This document shows positions 20,403 through 29,670 of a DNA stretch of 64,000 bases, piece by piece. The stretch is taken from assembly GCA_000091205.1 (NCBI GenBank), contig AP006496.2; one strand, given 5' to 3'. A program made the position numbers and the translations under genes. The notes under the pieces were generated by a model, which saw only the letters and a program-made list of their open reading frames with translations, made no database searches and was not told the origin of the DNA. The DNA is from Cyanidioschyzon merolae (lineage: Eukaryota). Each line of letters begins with the position of its first letter. Positions within the stretch are counted from its first letter, which is position 1.

Positions 20403-22067
20403 TCATGTTACGGAAGCGTTCCCTGAAGGCACGCTCCATTGCGCGGACCTGATGAGACCGCGGCTCTCAAGCATAGAGGATAGTGCTCGATGCAGTTCAA
20501 GCTGTTCCTGGAAGCTCAGGTCCGCGATATAGGCAAGTAAGTTTCCCACGTCTGGTGCCGAGACACTAACCGCGTTGAGTCGGTACACAAAAGTGAAAGC
20601 GCCCATGAGAAGCTGGCAGTCCATGCGGTCCGTTACTCCACCATGGCCGGGAATCAGGTCCGCGAAATCCTTCACTCGGAAGGCCCGCTTAACGCCTGAG
20701 GCAAAGAATCCCCCAAATGGCCCCAAAGTCGAGGCAAATGCCGCTAGCACCATCCCATGAATGATGATCGGTTTGATCAACAGAACGTCACGCTTGAGAA
20801 ACGGTCGAGCCCAGCTGGGAACCGCAAAAGGCTGGGGAAGAAACGTCGGCGGGACACTGCAGTGGAGCGGTGGATCCGGCCGAAGGATATCGCAATCGCC
20901 AAAATCAGTCTTGGGACAGACCATGTACTCAAAGCGTGAGAGGTGATGGGTGAGCAGAATACCGGCAACGAAAGTGAAAATGGCGCCCCCGATGTAGCCC
21001 TCCCAGGTTTTTTTCGGCGACAGCGCGGTCAATCGTGTGCGGCCGAAAAAGAACCCCACACAATAGGACATGATATCGTTAGTGATGATCATCAGTGCCG
21101 GCAGCAGAAACCAGATGAGACCCTCTTTGATGTTGAAGATGATGAAGTTCGCCTGCGCAACGACCACTAAAAGCAGCATAAGCATACGAGCGAACTCATT
21201 CAGCTGGTGGCGATAGCATCCCGGGCGGAGTGAGAGCACAAACATCATGAAGCCGATAAGGAAGAGCCAAAACGAGACGAACGTATGGTGCATGAGTAAG
21301 AATACGAGCGGTCGCTTTGTCATGAACGCGAATCTCTTGTCGTAAAAGTGACTCAGCGTGCGTTTCCCGTAAATGAAGTACATCGCACTAAGCAGGAACC
21401 ATGTATTGATCGTCCGAAAGAGCGGAATGCGGCGTTTGCTGGCCTGCAGATATCCAATGGAAAGCACTTCCTTCGCAATGAGTGCTTGCAGCACAAAGAC
21501 CATCAAGGCAACTTTCTGGTGCCCCAGGTAGACAATGCGAGTGAAAATCGTGAGCATGACGAGCGTAAAAACCGCTCTGACTGCAAAAGAGCGCAGTTTC
21601 TGAAGTAACCCGTCGCTTTTCGCGCGGACTTCCCTAAGGCTGTGTCCTCCGCGCAAACCCTGGAGGGCAGTGCTTCCGTCGCCGGTTGCTGTGTCGACTG
21701 GTCGGCTCCGAACGCGCCTCTGCTCCCAGGGGAGCGCCTGTCTGCGGAGGCTGCCAGGAGGCGTGCTTTCGCCAGCTTCCCAAGCGTGTTCAGCAGTACG
21801 TGTGTGCAACTTGCGTGCCGAATAAGGTGTTTCGACTTCCGGCTGGCGCCTGTGCTCGTTCGTTTCGGCGGTGTCGTCCGTGTCCGAGCCGCTCGTCGTG
21901 TCCGGCTCCGTTTCTGAGCAGATGTGCAGACTCTGGTTTACGAAAGCTTTCGGCACCTGGGACAGCTCCTTTCTGCCATTTCGTGTTCGACGAGCTTCCA
22001 TGCCAGCAGCGTCCGGTCCTCCGCTGCGCATCTCGTGAGTTCCGTACCAAAAGCAGGCAGCTCCCAA
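20403..22067 (-). CDS. CDS1: phosphatidate cytidylyltransferase (CDP-diacylglycerol synthase)
   Basis: Multi-pass membrane ORF with the CDS signature 'SPKKTWEGYIGG' and C-terminal 'GHGGVTDRMDCQLLMG' (GHGG-DR-D). Acidic/Ser-rich N-terminal extension. Confidence 0.9.
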   Translation of the reverse strand: MGAACFWYGTHEMRSGGPDAAGMEARRTRNGRKELSQVPKAFVNQSLHICSETEPDTTSGSDTDDTAETNEHRRQPEVETPYSARKLHTRTAEHAWEAGESTPPGSLRRQALPWEQRRVRSRPVDTATGDGSTALQGLRGGHSLREVRAKSDGLLQKLRSFAVRAVFTLVMLTIFTRIVYLGHQKVALMVFVLQALIAKEVLSIGYLQASKRRIPLFRTINTWFLLSAMYFIYGKRTLSHFYDKRFAFMTKRPLVFLLMHHTFVSFWLFLIGFMMFVLSLRPGCYRHQLNEFARMLMLLLVVVAQANFIIFNIKEGLIWFLLPALMIITNDIMSYCVGFFFGRTRLTALSPKKTWEGYIGGAIFTFVAGILLTHHLSRFEYMVCPKTDFGDCDILRPDPPLHCSVPPTFLPQPFAVPSWARPFLKRDVLLIKPIIIHGMVLAAFASTLGPFGGFFASGVKRAFRVKDFADLIPGHGGVTDRMDCQLLMGAFTFVYRLNAVSVSAPDVGNLLAYIADLSFQEQLELHRALSSMLESRGLIRSAQWSVPSGNASVT

Positions 22068-22948
22068 GTGCCCAGTCGCCGTAGGGCGATCAGTCCGCCA
22101 CCTTTGTCAGAGGCCAAGCCGCTGGCTCGTGTTCTCTCGTAGCCAGCGGAGCGCCTACAGCGTTTCCTAGCAGGGCACCGAGCGTCCTGAACGTCTCCGC
22201 AAACTTTCAGAGTTGTGGGAGCTCAGTCTGGTACCTATACAAGTGCTTACGAATGCGTACGGGTGTGCTTCAGCTACGAATGCGCGTGAGAGCAACCGCG
22301 AGTAATGCGCTGCGCTTCCTGGACTGGACAGGAAGCTGCGTTAAGAAGCCGTTTGGGAAAGCGTTATTAAATTTTGCTGTGTTTCAGTATCGTGGAGCTT
22401 TTGAGTTCCACCATTTAATGAAGAGACTTTATGGAGCCGTTTAGGGTACAAGTATCACCAGAACCGGATCAAAAACACACAATAAGGTGTTCGGTACTGG
22501 GAGCTCTACACTGACCACGCGTGGAAAACACATAGCGGGTAGCTGCTCACGGGTTCGGGCGTGTCTCGTTACCCGAATGCTGACATGGCTTGCAACTATT
22601 TTTCAGAGGTGTTGGGGAACCGAACCTAGCGTGTGGGGCTCGCGTGGCTGGCGCTGTCGTGGTGCGCCGCTTCAAGGGCGCTCTGCTTGATGTTCGCTTT
22701 GCGTAACGGGTCCTCTGTCCATAGGTTCGCTCTTCGGTTCGTGGTGCCCTGGGCGAGCGCCGATAGCCGTTAGCGTCGCTAGAGCACGTACGAGTATTAC
22801 TCAGGGAACGTGTATGCAACCGTCAGGGCAACGCTTCGCCGACAAGACTGCTGCTCCCTCAAGGTGTTTGGGCGCCTTCCCGTAGCCGATGCAAATGCTC
22901 CCCGCAGCCGTTCTCCACCGTCATTCTAAACGGATCTGTTTGTGCAGA

Positions 22949-23039
22949 ATATGCAGGCATGCACATTGTCGCATGCTTTTACATGCCTGGAAGATTCACT
23001 TTGAGCTATATATGCAGGCATGCACATTGTCGCATGCTT
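22949..23039. repeat. direct repeat of 31-bp unit at 60-bp period
   Basis: 'atatgcaggcatgcacattgtcgcatgcttt' at 22949-22979 and 23009-23039. Confidence 0.6.
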
Positions 23040-23431
23040 TCAGCACTGCAAACTCTACATACATGCACGAGAGGTTCCTCATCTCGCGGTGCATAGAGGC
23101 GACCGCTTAGCAGTATGCCTTGTGTATATCGATGTCATTATTTTGTGTGTCCGTCAATTGCGGTCCTCTGCCTTACTTGCAACCTCCGAGAGGTTAGCCA
23201 CGAAGAAGTGGTATCGTGCGCATGCACTGCTCAGTTTGGCGTTCCTGGACCTCACCTATTCAAGGATGCATCGTCACAGTCGCGGAAGTATTCGCAGAGG
23301 CGGATAATTTGAGGCACTGTACCCGGCAGCTACTGGGTGTCCAGTAGCGCGGGGTTCCGCCTTCTGTCACAACACTCCAATGGATCGTTGCAATGTCGGA
23401 GGCGTTGGTGCTAGCTCCGTCAGCGTATCGC

Positions 23432-24022
23432 TCAGTGTCTGGGGTATTTCGCTAGTTTTGTTGCCGGAGGGTTATCTCCTGCATCCATCAGAGCACACTG
23501 GATTTCGGGCTGTGGGTCCCTGACTGCATGCATCTCTTGCATGAGAATGAGACGCTCAGCGCGTAGTTCAGCAAGCCGCTGCTCGAGGCTAGCTATGCTA
23601 TCCTGCAGGCGTAGTTCTGAGAGTTCGCTGCCCCCGAAACAGGAGCTTACAACTTTCTTCATTCTCGGAAAATATTCGAGCAGAAGCGCATCCTTCAGTC
23701 GCTCCAACTCCCGACGCTTTTCCCGCAGCATCAGAGCGCTGACCTCGTCAGCACGTTGCTGCCAAGAAGCAGCGTCATCTGCACGTTCGTCTCCATCCGA
23801 GGGTTCTCTACCAGATTGTTCACGAGCAAGTTCCAACTCCGGTACGGTGTCTACGTGCAGGGTGTCGAGTGCAAGCTCTAAGGCACGCGCCACTCTGGGC
23901 AGGAAGCAGAAAGCGCTCAAGATGTCTTCTGTAACCAGCTCACCGCGAGTTTCTAGCCGGGACAGCGCTTCTGCGAGAGCAGCCGGCTGGCTCTGCGACC
24001 ATTGCTGGCTCCCAGCTTCCAT
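23432..24022 (-). CDS. hypothetical coiled-coil protein
   Basis: 196-aa ORF with heptad-like 'LMLREKRRELERLKDALLLEY...LEQRLAELRAERLILMQEM'. No family recognised. Confidence 0.4.
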   Translation of the reverse strand: MEAGSQQWSQSQPAALAEALSRLETRGELVTEDILSAFCFLPRVARALELALDTLHVDTVPELELAREQSGREPSDGDERADDAASWQQRADEVSALMLREKRRELERLKDALLLEYFPRMKKVVSSCFGGSELSELRLQDSIASLEQRLAELRAERLILMQEMHAVRDPQPEIQCALMDAGDNPPATKLAKYPRH

Positions 24023-24190
24023 TTACGTATCGATGAAGGCCTCCAAAACGAGGGTCTTGCGTTAGCAGCGAGCTCGAAAGCGTACAAACAAGTACATTCC
24101 ACGTCGACGGAGCGGTAGCGCCAGCATCCCAGTGCTGTTGCAGCTGGCAGTGCCCTTGAGCCGTACGCAGCGAGCTGCAAAGAACCTCCT

Positions 24191-24877
24191 TTGCACGTTC
24201 TTGGAAAGGTGAGCGACTGTAGGCGCGTGGGCATGATCTTGCATAAACTGGAGTACTTGCGGAAGAAAACTATCTTGCTAGCGAGTCAATCGCCACGAAG
24301 GAGAGAGATCTTGCGTCTACTAGGTTTAGAGCCTGTCGTCGTGCCGTCCGGATTCGATGAGGAGTCTCTTGACAAAGGAGTCTTTGTAACGCCAGCGGCA
24401 TACGCAGAAGAGAACTCCCGACGAAAAGCATTCGCGGTCTTGGAAAAGCTGAAAGACCGGAACGCGTTGAAAGTGGAAACGGAGCCGCTGAAACCGGACT
24501 TTATCGTGAGCAGCGATACGATCGTCGTCCTGGACGGGCATATACTGGAGAAGCCAACGGACGAAGGCGACGCCTTTCGAATGCTCCAGCTTCTATCGGG
24601 ACGCAAGCACTTGGTCATCTCCGCGGTTACAGTGCTGAATGTCATTAACCTAGAGAGCCGTACCTTCCACATGGAAACTGAGGTTGAGTTTGCGGAACTG
24701 ACGCCCGAAGAGACCTGGGCATATATTCGGACTGGGGAACCCATGGACAAGTCCGGCGCCTACGGCATCCAAGGATACGGTGGTGCTCTGGTTCGTCGGA
24801 TCGAAGGCGACTTCTTCTGCGTCATGGGGCTGCCCATGCATGAATTCTGTAAAGTGCTGTCAGAAATGCTGGATTAA
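24191..24877 (+). CDS. Maf-like nucleoside triphosphate pyrophosphatase
   Basis: 'TILLASQSPRRREILRLLGLEPVVVPSGFDEESL' is the Maf family N-terminal motif (LASgSPRR-elL). Ends '...GAYGIQGYGGALVRRIEGDFFCVMGLPM', typical Maf. The true start is probably the M at 24233. Confidence 0.85.
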   Translation: MHVLGKVSDCRRVGMILHKLEYLRKKTILLASQSPRRREILRLLGLEPVVVPSGFDEESLDKGVFVTPAAYAEENSRRKAFAVLEKLKDRNALKVETEPLKPDFIVSSDTIVVLDGHILEKPTDEGDAFRMLQLLSGRKHLVISAVTVLNVINLESRTFHMETEVEFAELTPEETWAYIRTGEPMDKSGAYGIQGYGGALVRRIEGDFFCVMGLPMHEFCKVLSEMLD

Positions 24878-25359
24878 GATGACGGCTCACTAGGATGCAG
24901 TTCTTGAACGTGCTCCGTGCCGCATGCCGCTAGAAGTACGCAACCTGTTTGGGATAGGTTCACGAAGAAGTTATGCTCCCGAAATGTTCGCCTGTGCTGG
25001 CGTCTGTGACTTGTTTTCTCTTGCACAGGCGCTTAGAGTCATAAGTATGTTTGTTTCCGTCTGTAATAAGTCAAATTAGTGCGATTGTGGAAGCTGCCTT
25101 CATTGCAATGCCCTCGACGTGAGAGGCTCCTTGCCGGAGGCTGATTCCGAACGACACGCTGCTTGGTCACGATCCTGGAATACGCAGTGTGTGTAGATGA
25201 TTGCAGGCTCCATTTTCGGCTGTTTCATATATGCGACAGAAGGCGCTGGGCATGACGAGGTCTTGCAATGACCCAAATGGCGCACCTGAACGATCTCCGG
25301 ATTGTAAACCGCTCCTCGGGGCTTCCGTGCTCGCTGCAGATCCATAAAGCGTAACTACA

Positions 25360-25745
25360 GAGCACTTAGCATCTGTTGCACGAGTAGGAAACTGGATGGA
25401 ATGCTCCACTCCAACCTGCGGCGATGCAGCACAGCAGATCCAGATACAATATTTGCAGGACATTTCGCGTCAAGTGCACAGGTAGGAAACTGAAAAGAGT
25501 GCTCCGCTCCAACCTGCGGCGATACAGCACATCAGATACAGGTAGAGTCTTTGCAAGACATTTCGCGTCAGTTGCACAGTTAGGAACCTGACAAGAGCAC
25601 TCCACTCCAGCGAACCGCAATGCAACACAGCAGATCCAAATAAGTCTTTGCTGGACATTTCGCGTCAAGTACACAGATAGGAACCTGAGAAGAGCGCTAC
25701 GCTCCAGCGTGCTGCACCGCAGCCCGAGCTCTATACACGAGATAC
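25360..25745. repeat. ~93-bp minisatellite, ~4 diverged units
   Basis: Recurring unit '...gcacaggtaggaaactg(a/g)a(a/g)agagtgctcc(g/a)ctccaacctgcggcgatgcagcacagcagatccagata...gacatttcgcgtcaagt' with period ~90-95 bp. Confidence 0.75.
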
Positions 25746-25924
25746 GCGCTGAAGCGAGGCTCCCGAGCACATCCAGAGCTACTAGCGACTGTCCAGGGCC
25801 CACCGGACGTCGATGCGTCACTAGGATTAGACAGGTCCGCGGGAATTGAACATTTAATCGAAGATCAATGGTTCCGATTTCATCTCGACTTTATGATTGC
25901 CAGGAAGTGGTGCGTTAATCGCGA

Positions 25925-27121
25925 TTACATAAGCGCTTCGGGCTCTTCCAGCTCCATCAGCTTCGCGCACAAGGACGGCACAACCTGTGCAGGCCAGAGA
26001 CCCTCGACGATTCGCTCCCTACCGAGCAGGATCAAGCGTAGGTCGTAACTGTAGGGGCTGCCCGAGGCGCCTAGCCACATCAAACTGCTCTCGAACTCGG
26101 CAACAATTCTGCTGCTTTCTCCGTCAGACGCGTTCCACGAAATTCGCTCCTTACAAAACCCATCCCCCGAATGCACGGGTACACCTTGCGCGGTGGGTTT
26201 CGACGCCACGCCATTCATTATATCGCCCATTTTGTACTGTAGGGCCTGCACCAGCCTCCGAAAATGCCGGAATTCCTCGCGCGAGAGTGCAATCGTCCAA
26301 TGATCATCGCCCACGAGAGCACAGTCAGACGGCGGTGCCGCGGGATCGTGGCCGATCTTGAAACCTGGCCCGCTGAAAACATACTGGGGACGTACGCCTC
26401 GCGGTGCCGAATGATCGCCATCGCGTACTATAAGCGAGCAGCAGCCATTGATATCGCACTCCACGATCATTTGCGCAGGCTCACTTTTCTGGATTGGGAG
26501 CTCCATGGCAGGAGCAGAGTATTCATCGCCTTGCAGTTGCTGCCCCATTTCGTCCAGATTTGGAGTCGACGCTGCTGTGTAGGTTACGCTGTTTGCATAG
26601 TCGTCACCGGCATCGTTCAGGCCCGTCCGAGGAAGCTGGTACCAGCCGGTAGTGTCCTGCTCGGGCTCGACAAACAGCTCCGCATCGGAGACCGCAACTT
26701 TCCTTCCGACTTGCGCGCGAACTGCCTCTTGTCCGGACGCCGCCTTGCCCTCTTCTGGGCGCATCTTTGCCCGCACCTCTTGCAGCAGCTCGTCGAGCTG
26801 TGAGCGCAAATCGTCCAGTGCTTTCATCGCCTGCTTGCGCATCCGCTCCCTTCGTTCGCTGATTGCCCTCAGCTCAGCCTTAAGCTGCTCCTGTGTCTTC
26901 CGCGGCCGCATAGGAAGCACGCTGGGAATATCCGCATGCGACTCGCCTGAATCGCTGGACGGTATCGAAGACGACTCCTGGAGCGTTATCAGCGGTGCCG
27001 TCGCGCCACGGCGTCGCCTGCCGGTGCCCTTAGCATCGACCCTGGAGCTTGATCTCGCTGCCACGGCAACCGAGGGACACAGACTCCAGGCACCGGGATA
27101 CGCAAAACCAATCATAAGCAC
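25925..27121 (-). CDS. hypothetical protein (signal-peptide-like N-terminus, central coiled coil)
   Basis: 398-aa ORF, longest in region. 'KAELRAISERRERMRKQAMKALDDLRSQLDELLQEVRAKM'. No recognisable domain. Confidence 0.4.
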   Translation of the reverse strand: MLMIGFAYPGAWSLCPSVAVAARSSSRVDAKGTGRRRRGATAPLITLQESSSIPSSDSGESHADIPSVLPMRPRKTQEQLKAELRAISERRERMRKQAMKALDDLRSQLDELLQEVRAKMRPEEGKAASGQEAVRAQVGRKVAVSDAELFVEPEQDTTGWYQLPRTGLNDAGDDYANSVTYTAASTPNLDEMGQQLQGDEYSAPAMELPIQKSEPAQMIVECDINGCCSLIVRDGDHSAPRGVRPQYVFSGPGFKIGHDPAAPPSDCALVGDDHWTIALSREEFRHFRRLVQALQYKMGDIMNGVASKPTAQGVPVHSGDGFCKERISWNASDGESSRIVAEFESSLMWLGASGSPYSYDLRLILLGRERIVEGLWPAQVVPSLCAKLMELEEPEALM

Positions 27122-27539
27122 AAAAATAAACGCGTATCTCTGCGCAGCTCAGAGAAACTCCAACGGTGTCACCGCTTGCAGCAGCGAATCGAGGAGAGTT
27201 TTCTCGGAATGAACTGCGAACGTGCACCGGGTCGCGACGGTGCTCAGCTGGAAGTCGCCGCCGCCGCCGCCGCCGTGCTGCACATCTGAATGGATTGACG
27301 GGCGATACAGGATGTTGTTGTGGTACAGTCTTTCATCTCCATTGTGTTCCATCCCCGGGGTTCTTGTTATCAAATGCTTTTCGCAGTTTATAGCAGATTC
27401 GGCACAAGTGCGTTCATTTAAAAGAAGTACAAATTCCAAAGGAGCGGTACGGACATGGAAGTCTAGGATCCTGGAGGGTCGATGTCGGCGCCTGCTGGAA
27501 AAAGCACGGAATACAATGCCGAGCTCAGAGGACCAAGAG

Positions 27540-29555
27540 AAGATGAAGAGGCAAAAGCAGGAGGTCCGACGTCAACAGCAATTCGAAAGGCTAGACTGTG
27601 AAGAGATTGTAGTGGAAGCCAGTCTTCATCGACATATCAATGATCCGCACAAGCGAAATATGCAAGAGGCCATCAGAAACCGTATCGCGTCGTACTCTAC
27701 GAGTGTTTGTATCGCTTCTCCAGGAATAATCCGTTTGGTGAGGGAGATGGATCACGACGTGACGGAGATCAAAACAGTCGAGGTTTCGGGGGAATTTTTC
27801 GACAGGACCTTTATTCGTTACCTGATGGTTGGCACAGGGGAAATGTCGAGGAGAAATGAGCGAGTGCAAGCCCCGCACGAAAATCATGCTGAATAACGCT
27901 TCAACGGTACTAGATATAGGGACACTGGCGAATCTACGAATACGGCGTGATGGACAACATCACGAACCTGAAGAGCCATATGACCGTGAACCTCAAACGC
28001 TTCATGATACGCTCCATCTTTGCGTTCTTCCCTGGCCTGTCTCGCAAGCGGACATGGGCCATCATCGATGTCAGCATGAACGATCGTCGGAACGAAGAGG
28101 AGATCGAAATTGTCGGTAAGAAGACGCCACGCAAGAGAAAGAATGAAGCTTCTGTAATCCGCGCGACTATTCATGAGCACCGTGCGGTCTTGGGTCTTGT
28201 AAATCCAACAGAAAAGGTAACAGATACAAAAAAGACGCTATCCCCTCATCCTGCGCTGTTTCGTCCTCCTGAACCGAGAGCTCGAACGCAAGCCCGATAT
28301 GGAGCAGCGTGCGGAAGAAAAAGCAGAGTCGGTGGAACGGAAGGTTTCCCTACTTGGGAAGCGCTTCGGCGTCGTTCTGTTGTGCAACATAAAGTCATGT
28401 TTCATGAGTATCGATTCCAGCGTCCTTTACGGTATTATGAGGGATATGTGTCCGGAGTTCTTTATCAGCAACAAGGAGTTTACAGGTCAAAACCGGGAAA
28501 CTTATTGGAGAAATAGATTCGATTCAAGCGTTTCAACACGAGCAAGAAAAGGGTACGCACGGGGCGATCGAAACCGATGTATTAGCCATGCGTGTGCACT
28601 ATCAGCGCTTAACGGCAGATTGTCCAGTTCCGTCGTCGGCTTCGCCCTCGGCGAAGCACAAAAAGAAGAAGGCGGGCCCTGGAACGTATAATCCCCCGGA
28701 GAACAACTTTGTCGTCGGCGTGGGCCCGGAGAACAAGGATATCATGAGCATCGCTGTGTCCAAGTGTGGGGAGGATGGTATCGACGGCAACTTATGCCAA
28801 AAAGACATGCATCTTTTAAAGCTATCGAGAGCGAAATATTACAGAGATTCTGGGGTATTTAATGCGAGGAAACTAATTGAGATATGGAACTCAGGAGTAA
28901 AGGAGCATCTGGAAGCGATCAGCAATGTAACGCTCCGCGGAGTGTACTTTCGAGTTTTTCCGGAATTCATGGAAACCCAAGCTGCTCATTACGAGGAGCT
29001 GCGGAAAGAGTACACAAAGCCGCGTTGGGCTCGTCAGCGTATGAACCTGTACAGACTGAAGCAGCACGCACTCGCCGACTTCCTTAATCTGTTGACCGCC
29101 CTCAAGGAGGACAAGAGTCAAAGGCTTTTATTGGCACACGGAGCAGGGAACTGGGCGTCCAAAAAAGGGAGCATACGAGCTCTATCGGCACGAGCGGACA
29201 TGGAGTGCGCACTGCGTTTTGTCACAATATCGATACATGAGTTCCGAATAGCGTACGTGCTCGATGGGCTGGAGTGTACACTTCAGAAGGTCGATACGGA
29301 CAGAAGCCAGCCGAGCGTTTCGGAGACAGAAAAGTCCGGAGAGCGGACAGAAGAGCAAATGGAACGGAGGGCACGAGTTCGGGGAATCCTTGCATATTTG
29401 AGTACAGCCAGCGGCAATGCTGGAAAGAGTCGGTGAATCGAGACTTCAACGCCGCCACCAATATCAGGAAATGTGCGGTGCTGGAGAAGAGACCCCAGGA
29501 GCTGACGCGATCCAACTTTGTCGTGCAGCCTATCAGGGTCGAAGTGTACAAGTAG
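27540..29555 (+). pseudogene. TnpB/Fanzor-like RuvC nuclease pseudogene (copy B)
   Basis: Landmarks versus ISDra2 TnpB: 'LKRFMIRSIF' ~ 'ARFVYNHFL'. 'KCGEDGIDGNL' = RuvC-I. 'AKYYRDS' ~ 'PKYYRST'. 'LYRLKQHALADFLNLLTAL' ~ '[22 protein letters not shown]'. 'AHGAGNW' ~ 'SDAGWG'. 'CIFEYSQRQC' is the second zinc-finger Cys pair. 'NRDFNAATNIRKC' ~ RuvC-III 'DRDENAALNIRR'. The protein is split over all three frames by indels (a 10-nt deletion near 28235, a frame change near 28580). Confidence 0.6.
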
Positions 29556-29660
29556 CTGAAGACGATAGCAGCGGGCCAGTCAAAATAGGCCGTAAGGCGC
29601 CTGCGCGTTGGTATGAATTTATCCAACACGGCCGAGAGAAAGTTTTCGTTTCACTGAGCG
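29525..29660 (+). other. conserved non-coding 3' tail of element B (candidate omegaRNA/fRNA scaffold region)
   Basis: Conserved with the other tails beyond the stop at 29554-29556, ending in '...gagagaaagttttcgtttcactg' (compare copy E '...gtgaaacgttttcgtt'). Confidence 0.3.
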
Positions 29661-29670
29661 TTTGTGAAAG

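Larger units (their letters stand above)
27370..29660 (+). mobile_element. Fanzor/TnpB-like element, long copy B (decayed)
   Basis: Same 5' block (27370-27500; e.g. 'aatgcttttcgcagtttatagcaga...gtgcgttcat') and 3' tail as the other copies. The body is collinear with copy A at ~75% nucleotide identity. Confidence 0.65.

Noticed and set aside
25360-25745. CRISPR array (also checked 15175-15310 and 22949-23039)
   Set aside because: The tandem repeats are contiguous, diverged units with no unique, uniform-length spacers. The context is eukaryotic with no cas genes. They are minisatellites.
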